A stretch of 64,000 nt of DNA. Source: Raillietiella orientalis. Taxonomy: Eukaryota. The stretch lies in assembly GCA_036172245.1 (NCBI GenBank), contig JAYWIR010000009.1, positions 2,976,001 to 3,040,000 of the forward strand. The letters run 5' to 3'. The position numbers and the translations under genes were made by a program. Positions 47,801 through 62,299 of the stretch are shown one piece after another; position 1 is the first letter of the stretch, and each line of letters begins with the position of its first letter. Under the pieces are notes generated by a model. That model had not been told where the DNA came from. It searched no databases and worked only from the letters and a program-made list of their open reading frames with translations.

Positions 47801-50800
47801 ATTCAAATGTCCAAGAGAAAGAACAGAGATGCAAACTAAACTGTGGAACAAGTAAGCTTAATTGATTACCAGGTACTTTGAATTTCGACAGAACTTTGTG
47901 TTTCTTGGTTTGCAAATGTATTTTGTTCAGGCTAGACCTCTTTTTCCGGTTGATATGTGATTAATTTCTGGTGCAATCGAACAAAAGTGTTCGTTAAGCT
48001 GCAGGCAATGAATGAAAATTTTATACACCAATTTAATTGAAAATGCGTCCGCAAATCTTGTTGCTACTCAAGTAAACATATGGTGAAATCACTTCTGGGG
48101 AAAAATGTTTCTATGTAATTCATTCTTCCACTTTATTTGCAAGTGAAAGTAAAAATCAACGCAAAGTGTGCACATAAATACCAGAAAGTATAAATAAATG
48201 AAATCAATGGTACCTGTGAAGCTATTTTGTTTCTTCAAAATATACAAAAACAAAAGGAAGTACTGGCATCGCGAAAATGAATTTGCCATTGTATCAGATG
48301 ATGAAAGTAAGTTTGAAACTGAAGATAAAGAAGATAATAAGGAACTATTTGTTTGATAATACTGATTGCACTGTAGGATCTAAATTCATTGTTTTGTGTG
48401 AATCTGAAATTTACGAAAGTACACATATAAATTTGTGTACCACGATGCATTAATGAAGTGTGCTGTGTTTATGGCAGGAAATGTCAGAGGAAAATTAATA
48501 GGATGATTGAATTTTTTTAATGTTAATTGGTGTAATTGAATTCATGATGGTGGATTAAATTCTCCAAGGAGAAACTGTTAGAGTTCGTGCGACGCGGTAT
48601 TTTTGATGATTGTTAATGTTTGCAATTTAATCAATTACTTCTTTAAATGAATTGACAGATTTGGGGGAGAGAGCTTCTTAATCACCAAATGTGCATTGGA
48701 TACTGATATAAGAATATTGATGCATTCTAAATTGATAATATTAATCCTCTTAGCTGAATCCAATGTTAGTCAGAAATGTTGATTCTTTATAATGTGAAGC
48801 TTTGAATTTGATCGGTTTTACACTTGCTGCTGAATTTCTAAAATGTTAGCGAAAGTTTTGCATAGTTCATACGACATAAAATTGTATTATCCATAGAGTT
48901 GATTAAACCTGTATCATTGCATGTCAAATACACACATATAAATGTCCATTACCAAAGTTTCAATTTCTGTTATTTTCTCCTTCGATAATTAATCCAATTA
49001 ATACATTTGGTGTATGGTCATTAATTGCTAAGAGTAGATTGTGTTATAGTTGCCTGATTTCTTAATTTAATTTTATACTGATGAAGCCATGTCCATTTCC
49101 TGCTTGGTATTTTTGATTACATGCTTGCAAGGATTTCAGAAGAGAATTGCAGATAAAACTTCATATTTTACTGTCTTCATTTGTAATATTGCTGAATAGA
49201 TATATTCTTCCATTGAAATAAGAATTCAAACCTGTTTTCCAGGAATATCATGCCTGACTATTTGAAATTCATTTATGTTGTCTAATTTGTGTGAAAAGAA
49301 TATCTGTGCATTTTATTGGGCATTGTAAATAAATAGGCGATTGTGTGGTAATTTTTTAAGGAAAATTCATTTTCTTTCACATTCAATTCTCTTGCAAGCT
49401 TTGCTTTTAGTGCATTCATTTTTGGTATGTTTTGGCTTTGGGAAAGGCACTTTAGTTCTAACCAAAATCAAACTCTGGTTGATAATTATCCTAAACCCCT
49501 TATTGTTGTGAAAGATTACTTGCTAAGCTGTGATATATAAGGGAAACATTTAATAAGCAAAGTTGTGCTGATTAACTAGGAACTTACCTTGCAGGCATTT
49601 TTTTCTTGAAGAACTTTAATTCATAATTTCTGTTTGCAAACTGAACTTTCATATGTTGCTGAACTGTAAAAGCAATTTATCATCCTTTATTGTATTCTAG
49701 AGTTAGTAGATTCTTTTTCATTTTTATAATTTGATTTTTATGGTTAAATCCAAAGTACGCACTTTTCTGTTAGAGCAAATATTGCATTAGTTTCAAATTT
49801 TGTTATTATTGATAAGATACTGGCATTGTCAATGTGGCAGATTTGTTGAAAAAGGCATACTTGTGATGTCCAAATGTTTATGTTTTTTCTCCAGTTTCTT
49901 TGTATTTGACAGTTCATAATTTTCATTTTTAGAGAATTTAATGTTGTTGTGTTTTGGAGTTGGTTATATCAGAATTCTGAAATCTGCATTTTCCAAAGAG
50001 TGTTTTTCTGTTCCAATACTAGGAGTATTTTTCTATTAAATATGATTTCATGTAAAGTACTCTTATTAATCTTCGAATCTTTAAATATCATAAGCTGTTT
50101 TAGGTATTATGAACACTTCATTAGCCACAAGCTCTTGTGTGAAACTCCTGTTTTTTTTTTTTTTTTGGCATGTTAGATTGTTTAGTGTAATCTATTTGCT
50201 TGTTTGTTTCATTGAAAGTTTACTTGTTTATTTTTTGAACTGAAGCAAATTAAAATGGAATAGTTACAAGTCAAAGCATAACAGAATTATGAATGAAAAA
50301 TACCAAAAACGATGTTAGCTGCATGGTATTGATGCTTGGTGTAAGCATGTAAAGTGTGAATGATAGTCAGTACTATGGGTGTTACACCCATTTATTATGT
50401 GTGTGCATGTGTTTTTTATTGCAGCCACATACTATACTGATTTATGCAGAATCTTGGTTAAATTTTTGTCTTTGGTTGAGTACAGTCAAGGTTTTTCAGT
50501 AAATATAATCAATATTGTGTGCTGAACTTGCTTTCATTGATAATTATGTCTTAATGTTTTGAGTTAATCAGTTTTATAGTTTTTCACATGCAATAGAAAG
50601 CAAAAGGAAATTTGTCATCTGTTTAATTTGTTATTTCTCAAAAATTTGGTGAAACAAAGCTACAATGTGAGCGTGTGAAGTGCATCAACACTCACTGGTA
50701 TATGTTATATTCAGATGGCACTTCTGTAGACTGTGTAGAGTTTCAAGCAAACCCCTATGGATAACAAATTATAGTATTATCAAGTTTTTGTTATACTTAA

Positions 50801-50808
50801 TTGCATAG

Positions 50809-50870
50809 AAATCTACTCATGAAGATGGGCTCAGAATTCATCAAGTAACTTTGAGGAAGACTATCATGGG
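50809..50870 (+). other. Candidate small exon (62 nt) of a + strand transcript
   Basis: TTTTTGTTATACTTAATTGCATAG|AAATC...CATGGG|GTAAGT. No recognisable protein homology. Confidence 0.3.
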
Positions 50871-53800
50871 GTAAGTGTGTGCAAGAATACTATTAAACAT
50901 TAAAAAAACATTACCGTGCAGTAATTTCAAAGTTCATGTGAATACAAGAATGTTATTTATTGAGCAGATGTTAGCATTGAATTTAGAAGTGATTTCTCAT
51001 GGTAGTAGCATTTGCATTGGCTTCAGTTTTGTTATTTATTTGTGATACAGGGGTAGTAGTCATGTTAATTAATTGTGGTGTTTACTCTGAGTGTAAAATG
51101 GGTTTGATCTGTTTCATATAGTTTCCAGAGTAAATGTAATTGATATGCTTTCCCATGAATCATAATTTCAGTTTGAACAGTATAACACTGCGCCGAATAT
51201 AAATAGGGAAATAAATAAAATCTGATGTTGGTTGTTGTTAAAATCATTCAAACATGCATGACTGATCATTGTGATAGCTGATATGCTTTGTTCAAAGTCA
51301 GTCTAGGAGATGAGTAATTATGTTTTTCAAACAGGTTGATAAATGCATTTTTTCCAAAGAGATATGTGATTTTCTTGTGTTTAAACAATAAAAATATTGA
51401 CTGTGGAAGTGGTGTGAAAACTAAAAATTCCTAATGAAGGATTTTTGAAAAATGGACATCAAATTCTTGTTTGTATGATTTTATTATATCAACTTCTAAA
51501 GAAAATATTGCGAGAATTTCAAGGGATGCCAGAATTCCCACTTTTGAAATATTAGCATCGAGTAGGTGAATTCTGTTTTCGTTAACATAGATGAGCAGTA
51601 TTCATCTTTATAACTTCAATGTGTCACAAGGGATTGTAATGAATGGCCTTAAAAGCATTGATTTCGCCACTGAGGAAAATATAAATTAAACAAATAATGT
51701 TCATGTCATTGCCAAATACAGTATAAGGAGCTTTATGCAAAAAGAGAACCGCCGGCACATAGTGGAAGTGTTTGCAGAACAATAGACTATCATTTTTCGC
51801 CATGAAGTGAAGAAAAACATTATGCCTCACTCGAGTGGGTGATCATTTGTAAGTAATCATTCAGAGAATAGCTCGAATACGCTCGTGTAGTACAGGCAGA
51901 GAGATTCTCTCACAGTGAATCATATAAAAATGGGGGGGTCTTGCGTGATTAAGTTCTCATGGTTTGGGAAAGCATTCGTGAACAAGTGCGACACCCATAG
52001 TGGATTTGAAGTCAGTTTTAAAGACAAATAAGGTGAAAGCTTACTACGTATTTAATATTTTCACATCGCAGAGGCGTAACAAGCAAAGCTTGCTTTTGTG
52101 ACTGTGAATTAAGAGTGCGGAACGTTAAAAGGCTGAAGGCGTATGCCATCCCAAAATTTAATGATCAAAACAAAAAAAAGAAAAAAAGGACTTTGAAAGA
52201 ATCTTGTGAAAATTATGCATTGGTATTTTGTGTAAATTACGAGCGCAATTATCGTGTTGCCTGATTTATTGAAGACTGTGGTGCGGCCTTGCAATTTGAA
52301 TTTTATCTATGGTCATAAATCAAAATGTATGCCTTAGATAGATGCTGATATCGATGTCTCCGAAATGACAAAAGCAGCTGATGCAAATATTAAAAACCGA
52401 AGGAGCTAAAGTGTTCCAAGAACGCTTGCCAAGAACTTTCCTCACAAAATCCCGAACCGTTGATGCAGGAATTTTCCTCTGCAGTCGTTTCCAGGAGGGA
52501 GATTTTCGTCTCATAGGGATAGAAGACAGCGTGGATGATGCGGGTTCTTGTGTGCGTAGAGTACCGAATGGGTAAACCTTCCAATGATTTTCAGTGCAGG
52601 GGAAGGGAGGTTTCCTGGGTGACAGCATAGGGGAGTAAGGCATTCCAGAACAAAAAACAGTGTTCTCACGAAAAAAGGTTCTCGATCTAGCAATAGCATG
52701 TGTTAGGTGATGTAAACATATGGTGCATATTAGCTTCAGTTCCTTTCCATGTTTCTCATACTATGAATTTGAAATCTCATGAAATCGTCAAAATACAGTC
52801 TTCACCCATTCCATTGCCACCCGGTTTTTAGCAAGCTGCTTGGATTTTAGGGTTTTTTTTAAAAAAAAAAATAAAAATAAAAATAAAAAAATGAAAATCC
52901 GATGTCGCTAAGCCAGTTTCATTATGAATTTTTTTTTTTAATGGGATGTTTTGCTAACTGTTCCTGATTAAATGCATGACTTGCACTTTCTCTGGTCTTT
53001 TTCTCTGAAGGCATATCAATTGGATGTCAATCAACTAGGAATTCAAAGTCATGGTCCTTTGGGGGGGAAGGGGGGGAACATCCTTTTATTTACCAGGTAG
53101 ATGAAAGGATTTTTTTTTTTTTTTTTTTTGATCGATAGAAGCCAGAATCAAAAACGACATACCTGCAAAATGGAAGGGCTGTGACTTTCTTTTCATTCCG
53201 CATCCGTCATTCGTAATCTTCAAGCATCCGCGTTGGTACTGTGGCGAAGAGAAAATGAAATTTGCTCGTCTTGCTCGTCGGCCCACTTGTGTGGGAGTCG
53301 GACATAAGCTGACGGATCGGATATAAAAGCCTCGATTTTGAATTATTAGCAAGTTACACCGTAATCCATGCTCTTGTGTTTTTCGAAAGCAGGCATTTGG
53401 GATAGGCGCGCGGATTCCTTCGAATTTCCAGCCGAATCGGCGGCAAATTTAGCGTTTTGTTCGAAATTCCCTGACACGGAAGAGAGTGACCACCCTTTAG
53501 CCGTTCCCAGGCTGATCCTTCGCAATCTCATTTCGAATCAGAGGCGATTTCGATTCCGGATCAGAAAAGATGAGGAAGGTGTTTCCTCTGGATCCTCAAT
53601 GCCATGGAAACATCTTCGTCCTGTTTTCCTGCAGCCCTCCGCGTTGGTTTAGTTCTTTTCTCCCTCTGCTCAGCGCTTTGTTTGACATCCATTTGGACAT
53701 AAATGCGTTCGTATTTATTCCTTTGGTTTATTTCGTCCCCCTTTTGTATTTTCAGCGACGGTTTCGTTCCTCTTTGAAGCGGAGTCTCTCCGCTTTTCGC

Positions 53801-56800
53801 AGCCTGTGCGCCATCGCGACATGGCCACCGGGCTCGATCCTGCGTGCCAACCTTCCTGTGACGTGCAGATCCCCATTCGTGCACCACACACTCACACTCA
53901 CCAATCTCCGAAAGAGTGGCGCACGTCTTCTTCGTCGCCACTCCGAGGTAGACTGCGCGTTCGCAGCGGCCTTTATCACGGTCGCATGTTTACAAAGGGG
54001 AAGGTTGGCAGGGTAGTCAGCATTGGTGGGGGGTATCCGTGTGATCTATGTGATTCCGGCTGTTCCTAAGAGGCAAGTCAGCTCTTGTTTCTTTGCAACT
54101 GGTAATTTTACAGCGTAAACTAGTTTCCAGTAAGTCGTTCTGACGAACTTGGGGTGAGGATTGCCCAACACCGATGAGGAGGAGCATACCTTACTTTCTT
54201 AATTACTTCTTGGTGGTTGAAATAGTTCGAAAAGAGCGATTCCGTTTGGGCAGGGCCTTAACCTGACTTCACGGTGTTTCGCATATCATTCCTGCATCGA
54301 TCACCATTCTGGAGCGAACGGGGCTGTGCTTTTCCCAATTGGACCTCAGCTGTTGTTTTCCCTATACTCGATTTTCTGTCTCGGGGTGGCCCCAATCCGT
54401 CAGAGGGTTCCTCAGTCACCGAAACGAGTTGCTTTGCCTGCCACTCTACCAAAGCGTGTCGTTTTTTTTTTTTTCGTCGATTTCTACCAAAGAGCTTGGT
54501 TGTGTCCGGTTTTGCTTGCCCTCGTTCCATTCACACAGAGTTGTTGTTTTCATTCGAGCTTCCACACCAGAAGCAGAGACAGCAACCTGATCACGAGACG
54601 GCACCGTGGTGCATCCCGGACCAGGCAGTGTTCTGACGAATCTGACGGAAAGTCCTTCGTCCCTTGTGTATGGAATTTCTGTACACAGCCAGTTTGCCAT
54701 CTCGTTCGTACACAGCACCCGTCGACTTGAAAGTGAATTTGCACGGGGATGCTCCGTGTGCCTTCCTTCGATGCCAATGCACCGTCGTCACCTTCTTAGC
54801 TCGTTATGTTGAAACGAGGCTCAGACTGGTTCATGTCCGAAATTCCTCCTACGCAGTGCAGGTTCGAAATTCGGACAGTGTTAAGAATATGGAAAATATG
54901 GAAGAAAAAAAAAAAAAAAAATAGAAATGGGAATTCATTTCTGAAGTGTTGAAATTACTGCACTTTCAAATGTTTGTGTTTCTCCTCTCACTAATGTGTG
55001 TCTGTAATTTTCGTGTAAGCGATAAATAACTGTTAGTGTATAGCATGTCATACAGTAAAATAAAATACAAAAAAAAAATGCTCTTCTTTCTATGTGTTGT
55101 AAGAACCCAATGCCAAAATAGAAGCTGCCTTGCGGCGTATTTCGTATGAATAAACCTGAAAGTAAGATAACTCTGAACGTTCACAAAATACAAGGAATAA
55201 GGTTTTTTTTGCATGTCCACAGCACAGTGTCCCTTTGCGTTACATGAATGCCAGTGAATGTGTTTAGCCAGTGACCTTTGATTGAATAAATTTGTAAGCA
55301 CTATAGTGGTTCATCTGTGCTTATTGTACATACTGATTCTGGATGATCAGTGTGGAGGGCATGCATGCAAACCAACCGAGTTATCGATTTCTGGGTAAGA
55401 ACACAAATCTGTTTCCGAAGTTGGTGTGTTTATTACTGTGTATGGACACTTCCGAAGCGACAAGAGGAACCTCCTCCCCTCTTGGCAAAGTTCTCTTCTG
55501 CATGCAATCATTATCAGCCACCGGATTCAAGATATTTGATGTCCAGCGAAGTTACTATAGCAGTGGACTCTGATAATAAACGTTGTTGTTACTTGATCCA
55601 TTCTGTCGTATTTATTCCGTTTTTGAACTGCCCGTCCTTTTTTGTTTTGCTTCCTTTGCTCTTTGCCACAGACTTCCTCGGAAGAGTGTGTGCGCCGTGT
55701 GTTCGCGTAATCCGGGAGCACGGCAACGACGCGGGTTGCCTCCGAGGTCGCACCACGTGTTTTCGTTCTCCGCGCGCCATCATCTGTGACGTGGATGGGG
55801 AAAATATCGCTCGTACGCCCCCCAAATAGGAGCAAGCGCGTCGTTTCATGCTTTTCAGTGCTGCCTTGAAGACGAGATCTGGGACCCGGGATTCGTTTGC
55901 CGCCTGGTGCGCCTCTCTTCGTGTCTCCCCCGCTTCTCATTTCCCCTTCCGTTGTCTGCTGCTCTCGATCCGTCGGGTTGCACAGTGTGGGGGGTTTGCG
56001 GGATTCATCGCCTCGATTTGACCCTCATTTTGGTGTGGCAAAGGGTTGGAAGGTTCCGACCCCGTTGAAAACCTTTCGTGCTCCGTGTATGCCTGCGTTT
56101 CTCTTTTGTGTTCCGGAAATAGATGTTGAGGCTAGACTGGAAGCCTTCAGATGTTGCGAAGAGTTCGTTTTGAAAGTCTTCCAGATACATAAGTACCGCG
56201 TTCATCGTGCACAAAGTCTGGTATTCCGACTGAGGTGACACTTCTCAGGTAGCAGAAGGCGTTATGCATCCATTTTATGTATATGTGTATGGCGTGCGCA
56301 TATGAGATGTAATCGTTGCTTTTGAAGGTAGCTGAATGGTAATCACCCACCAGTGTTACACACTTCCGAGGTCTTCTCAGCGAACTGTGAACCAGTCAGC
56401 TGCGTTGTACGTCCCGAACTTAATGTACAGTCGACTCTCGTTCCAAAATTTGCCAAAGGGCAAATGAGGAAACGGGAGGAGTGTGCGCGAACGTCGCATT
56501 TTCGAGGAAGAGGAGAACCGTTCCCTGTTGGCGCACTCCGCGTGCTCCGTGCTCTTTGGTGCTTTTAGGCATTCTGCGTGCCGAATTCGATTCGCGAAGG
56601 TGGTGGCACCGCGGCGACCGGGGATCGCCATGTTCGGCGGGACCTTACGACCTATCGGGACTTCACAAGGGAAGAAGCTTCCATTTTCACGTGTCAGTGT
56701 GCTGCTACATCTGATCTGTGTTTCATATTATGTTTCCATTGCTGCGCCGGGAGAAGTTTTCTCGCGGAGGAGAGAAGAATCCTTCCGACGGTTCATGGTT

Positions 56801-59800
56801 CAAAAAAAAAAGTAAAGCAAATCATATTTCAATGTCTGTCGCAAAGAAGGCTATAAGTTATCTGCCCGTCCCGGCTAACACCCATCCTGCGCTCTCGATC
56901 GTAGGCAGCTTTGATTCGTAACTTCCCGATGGTATGTTCGGTCTCCTTCCTCCACGGCGTCAGCACGTGGGGGGGGGGGGGGGGGGAAGACGGCAGAGTT
57001 ATTTTCTGCTTGGAAGCTGAAGTGTGAATCTGCGCGAGGAATCCGTCAAGTGCGGTCCATGAAGCTTGCAAACGAGCAGTGCATAAGGATGGTTTGAGTG
57101 ACGACAGTGCGCATGTGTACGAGGAAACGTTTGTTCCAACACTTATTTAATGGCAAACGAGAATTGAAATGAGGAAAAGTGAGTATCAGGCGGTAGCGGG
57201 AGGCGTGATGGATGGATGCTCGGCCAAGTTGGTACTGAGTCCGGAGGGTGATTATGGTTTTGACTCACTCTGCTGTTAGATGGCAGTCCTTGTAACTTTG
57301 TTGTGACTCTTTAGTATTTACCCAATCCTTCAAGGATCGTTGATGTAACGTCCGATCCTTGTACTCTGTAATGTACAAACATTTTTTTGAAGGCCAGCCT
57401 TTGGACATGTAAGTGGTTTCCATGCCGGTTTCTACATAAAAGCAGAGTACGGATGCTTGCACCTTTAGGATGTTGCGATTGTGCACGGGTCGGTGGTGTT
57501 TTATGTACTTCGGCTGTTGACGCGATCCTTCCGGCATGTCGGCACTACGTGTTCCCCTCATTCAGTTTAAGAAAGAGGAGGATCGTGTTTGCGCAGGGGG
57601 CCGGGGCGCTGAAATTTCGGGCATTCCAATTCATGGTGGGCACTTCCTTTATGCGGATCTGTTTGGACACATTAAGCGAACGGCCATCGAAAACGGTTTG
57701 AGTAAGGTGTAGAGCGGTATCTTTTTCATCTGCCTGCTGCTGACTGCAGAGTAGAGGAACGCTGAGTGCATCATCCTAGGAACGCTGTGCATTTTCCTTT
57801 TTTCCCCCCCCCCCCTTTTTTTTTTTTTTTTTTTTTGAATGTGCATGACCATGGCGGTGCGTTGCAATTCCTTCACACATCGCCGCATTGGCTTGCGCTG
57901 CTTTTCTGTCGCCCACCTCATGCGCTCGCGGTGTGGCCTACTCCTTATCATTTGTAGCTTATTACTCTTGATGGCGGGGATGATGTTTCTTCGATTCGAC
58001 GGCCCGCAAATTCCGAAAGCCCCACGAGATTAGTTGATGGTGTGGCTGGGGTTCTTGCACAATGAGGAACGTGCTTCATATGTCGAGTCTTCTTCTGTCA
58101 ATATCCCTTCCGTGCTACTCGTTCTTTATTTGCTTATCGGGGACTGTCTGGATCGCGTTGTGGACACCAGGTGAAACTCGCGACCCTCTCCCCCCCACTG
58201 AACTGCAGCAGCTGATCGCCTGCTTCCCCGCGTTCTCGTTCCAGGAGACACCGTCCTGCTCCTGCAGGAACGCGTGCGTGCGGGCGGGGTGTGTGCAGTT
58301 GTGAGACGGCGAGTCTGCGTGGGAGAGCGTCCTTTCAGAGATGCCAGGGGAGGAGGAGGGAGGGTGAGGGTGTGCGTCTGGTGGTTTCTGCCTACAGTTG
58401 TCCCAACTGGGTTTCTGTCCCAGTGAAACAGAAACCCGGCGAAGCCGCGCCGGGGAGCTTTTCGCGTCTCTTCGTCATCCAGCGGAAGCATCATCATCTG
58501 ATTTGTCATCTGTTTGCGGGCTGCTTTGATACAGACTCTCCCACCCCCCATCTCCGCCTTTATCCGTAGCCTTCATTCTTTCGCCGGGTCGCCTCCTGGT
58601 GGAAACCCTCGAGTTCCGTGGATAACCTCGTCGAACATTCTGTTGTCTTTCGTAAGTAAGTGCCGATGAAAAATTAGTAGCAGAAGTGAGATTTCAGCGA
58701 AATGTAAATAAAGGCGTAGGAGATTTCCGCGTCGAGAAGAAGACTCAGCCGTGAAAATCGCCGAGCAGCGTGAGGGATGTTGATGCGCGTTAGTTGCGGC
58801 CGGAAGGTTAGCCGTTGCAGGAATAAGAGTAATGAGAAGAACTGTAACAGCAGTCGTTGCTGTCGATTGATTTCAATCATCCGCAGAGTCACGAAGGTAT
58901 CTGCATTTCTTCAAAATGTAAGACGGCCACGAGCACGTTTTCATTGAAATCACGTCGGCATATCAGTATATCCAATCACTTGGATGACTGCATCGAACTT
59001 TGGTTCCTGTAGTAAGCATTTCGAAAGTAACAGTATTTGGTTAGCTGGGCCTTCCAGGAACGTCACGTATGAAAGCCTTTTTATAATGAATATTGCGAGT
59101 TCCCCCCGATGAGAGTGTCAAAAAAAAAAACACACACACACACACACACAAAGTCTCAGCTCCCTGCAGATGCCGATGGTGACTCTGTTTCCTTCCTACA
59201 GAGTGTTTTAATGGTAACACGTTATCGAAAGCTATTCTGGTCCGATGGTTTCTTGCAGCTGTTGGTGCTGTTTTAACCGATGCCCGGGAAAATTGGAATT
59301 ATTCAAATAGGCGATTGGCTCTGATTTAGGAGCATGGCATCCGGCAGCGTTCGTTTCTTCCCTGTTATGGTCCCCGGCAAAGCTAAGAATACTTTCTTGG
59401 TTGCTCGAGTGCGTTGCTTTTCAAGTCTTCCGTTTTTCTTTTTGGTTTTGTTTCACACGTCGGCTGAGCATAACCTTCCCGCGGCCTTTTTTTGTGGATG
59501 CATCCCCTCTGTTTTGTTTCGACGAGTAGTGCCGCCCTTTGGGTCGCGTTAGCTTCTTCGAAGGGGCTCTTCGGGCATGCTTTTTAAGATACTTCCGCAT
59601 CCGTTCTTCGGCCTCCTAGCGGCGTGACGTGCGGCCGGGTGCTTCCTGGCGTCGCATCCCACTTGGATCGACGCATCGTTGTAGCGAAACGGTCCACGGC
59701 GGTCCACTGGTTGCAACGCCAACATTCATACCGTGGACCCACGCTCCTTAGGCACGGGTCGGAGACAGTACCAAAGGTACGACAGGACCTGCCGCTCAGC

Positions 59801-62261
59801 GGCAGGGAAACTTCAGCGCAGACGCATCTCAGGGACCGTTTCTTCTCATACCAATTCCTCGCCCTGGACCGGGTTGAGTCCCCTCGAGTTGAAGCGAGCG
59901 CGTCTACCTTGATCCTTTCTTCACCCAGGAATTGGTCCTCAGCTGCAAAGATCGACTGGCCGTGCCACTCACCCACCCACCCACCTTCTGCCTCATCTAC
60001 AGCTCTGATCCATGATTCACAACTCGATCGAAGATTTAAAGGCTGCCACAGGCACAGCGCCTGCTGTCATTCCGGATGGTACTACCGGAATGGCTGCCCG
60101 TCGTTTCCTCGAAAGGTCCGCTTCGCTTTCGGCGGACAGCACGGGCCGTCCCTCGCGACAGCCAGCTCTCGGGAACGCCCGGGCCCGTGTTCTCAGGTTG
60201 TTCGTTGGCGATCCTCTTCCGCAGTGAGAGAATGCTCCAGCAACCGTGACCCAGCGGGGCGAAGTTGTGGGAGCTGTTGCACGCTGCTGCTCCGGGTGGC
60301 ACCTGAGTGGAACCTTCTCCCTGCAACCGCGTCAGCACCCGTTCCATTATGTGTGGTCTTGGACTGGTCCACCCGTGAACGGGAACTTCGCAACCCAACC
60401 GATATTCCCGAAGAGACAGGAGCTGCCTGCCCCTAGGGTTTTTTTTTTTCTTTTCTTTAAAGAGTTTCAAGCGTTCGGCAAGGTGCGTTCCTCCTCTTGA
60501 GGAAGTCATGCCATCTTACCTGCGATTTCACCGGGCCGCTGAGCAAAGAAGAGACCTCAGTAGAGAGCATGCAGAAGCTCGTCTACAAGCGGTCCTCGCC
60601 TTCGGCACAGTTTCCGTTTCTCGTATTTGCTGCCCCCGGGAACTGCTCGTTGTTTTCGCGTCCGAGCAGCAGCAGTTCTTGGCGTCTGCCCCCCCTCCCC
60701 TCCCCAGAGAGGTTCGTTTATTTACGGTGCTTGCAGCAAAGGTGCCTTGCTAGCTGCCTTTTTCCGAAGTCTGGCCGCGTGTTGCGGTCTTGACCGTTTC
60801 CGACTTCGTAGCCGGGTGCCTCGAAGCTCTCCGATGTATTTCGAGGCCATCGTTGGCTTCCGTGGAGTGGGCTGCTGGTGGTGGTGGTGGTGAACGGAGC
60901 CACTTCTCGTTCGTGCGTGTTTCGTCCGCTCGAGTTGGAAGGACGGGCGGGCGGACGAGAATGTCTTTGCGGGATTGCTTGGCATTGGTTCCTTCGTAGG
61001 TTCATCTCGCAGCTTCGCGCCGTCCTTTGAGGCGCCTCTTCCGTGTGCCTGCGCGTGCGTGTCGGATTGATGGTTGCGTTTTACCCGTCAGGCACGCATT
61101 AAAGTGACGTGAGCGCAACTCGGGATGATGAGCACACGTAATCAACGGCCAGAGCTTTGCTCATGGAGACACCATTCTGTCTGGGGAGTCTGGGAAATGA
61201 AATCAGGCCCGGAGGCTTCCAGCAAATGAGATCCCGATCTTCTCCTCGCAAGCGGCTTCACTTCGTTCAAATTTTAATCTGTATCGACGGTCCCCTACAC
61301 CTCCTTCGTCCTCGAATCGTGCGTTTCATTATTTTTCAGAGGCCTTATGCGTTTTAATGTTACGTCTGTTAATTAAATCGTTCTTGCAGGAGCATTCCCT
61401 TCCCGTGCTCTCGCATGCATCGTTTCCGCGCGCCTAGGCGTGGTGCAACTTCAGTGTATCTCATCGCGTAGGATGACATTTTTTTGTTACTTTTCATGTT
61501 TGTTTTTCTTTTTCTTTCTTCCTCCCCTTTCCCTCCTCCCCCCCTGTTCATCCATCAGTTACAGCGGTTTCGTCCGCATGCATCAGTGCAGACATGTTTG
61601 TGCAAGTCGACGGTAGCGAACCTCGGCCTCAATGTGGAGATCACGTCATTCCGCGAGACCCCCTTCCGTGGGACGCTTTCCCAGTATGTGTGTGTGTGTG
61701 TGTGTGTGTCGTCCCCCCGTGTTTCACAGCAGAAGGGGTAGTGCCGTGTTTTGCCCTTCGTCGCGCGATGCGCGCTCCGGAAGGCGTTCCCTCCTCCGGC
61801 ACGCATCGGTCCGTGCCACATTGACGTGCGATCCGTTTTTTCCCATGGCTCGAGGCGCTCCAAGTAAGTCGCCTTCGAAAATTGGCTTCGGCGGCGTTCC
61901 GTTTCGTTTCTGCGCGTCGGACATTGTGTGCCGTCTGGCTGTCACATCTCGGCGGAGCCGCTCTTCTCGTTGCCTCCGTGTGTCCTTCTCGAGCCCATCT
62001 CTTCCCGGCGACCGCGGCCCGTGCGCATCGCTCGGAAGAAACGCGCGCTTATCTGCGGGTCCATTGCCGAGCCAGCTTGATCTTCTTCTGTACCTTCTTT
62101 GTTTTGAGTCAGCGTGCTGATCCCTTACGAAACATCCGCTGATACTTTTCATGTAGTGCCGTATGTAAATATGCAAAGTGCCGGCTCCCGTTGGTGGGTC
62201 TGCACCGTTCCTTCGAATCTTCCTGAGGTCAGAGAGGGGAAGTGAAGTTCCAGAGGGACCT

Positions 62262-62299
<38 letters not shown>

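Noticed and set aside
57265..57425. YMSKGWPSKK on the minus strand, like the Gypsy integrase-linker GWP motif
   Set aside because: No adjacent HHCC or DDE motifs were seen, so the evidence is too weak.
59584..60436. 270-aa ORF in a GC-rich patch
   Set aside because: No domain or splice support; probably another decayed repeat.
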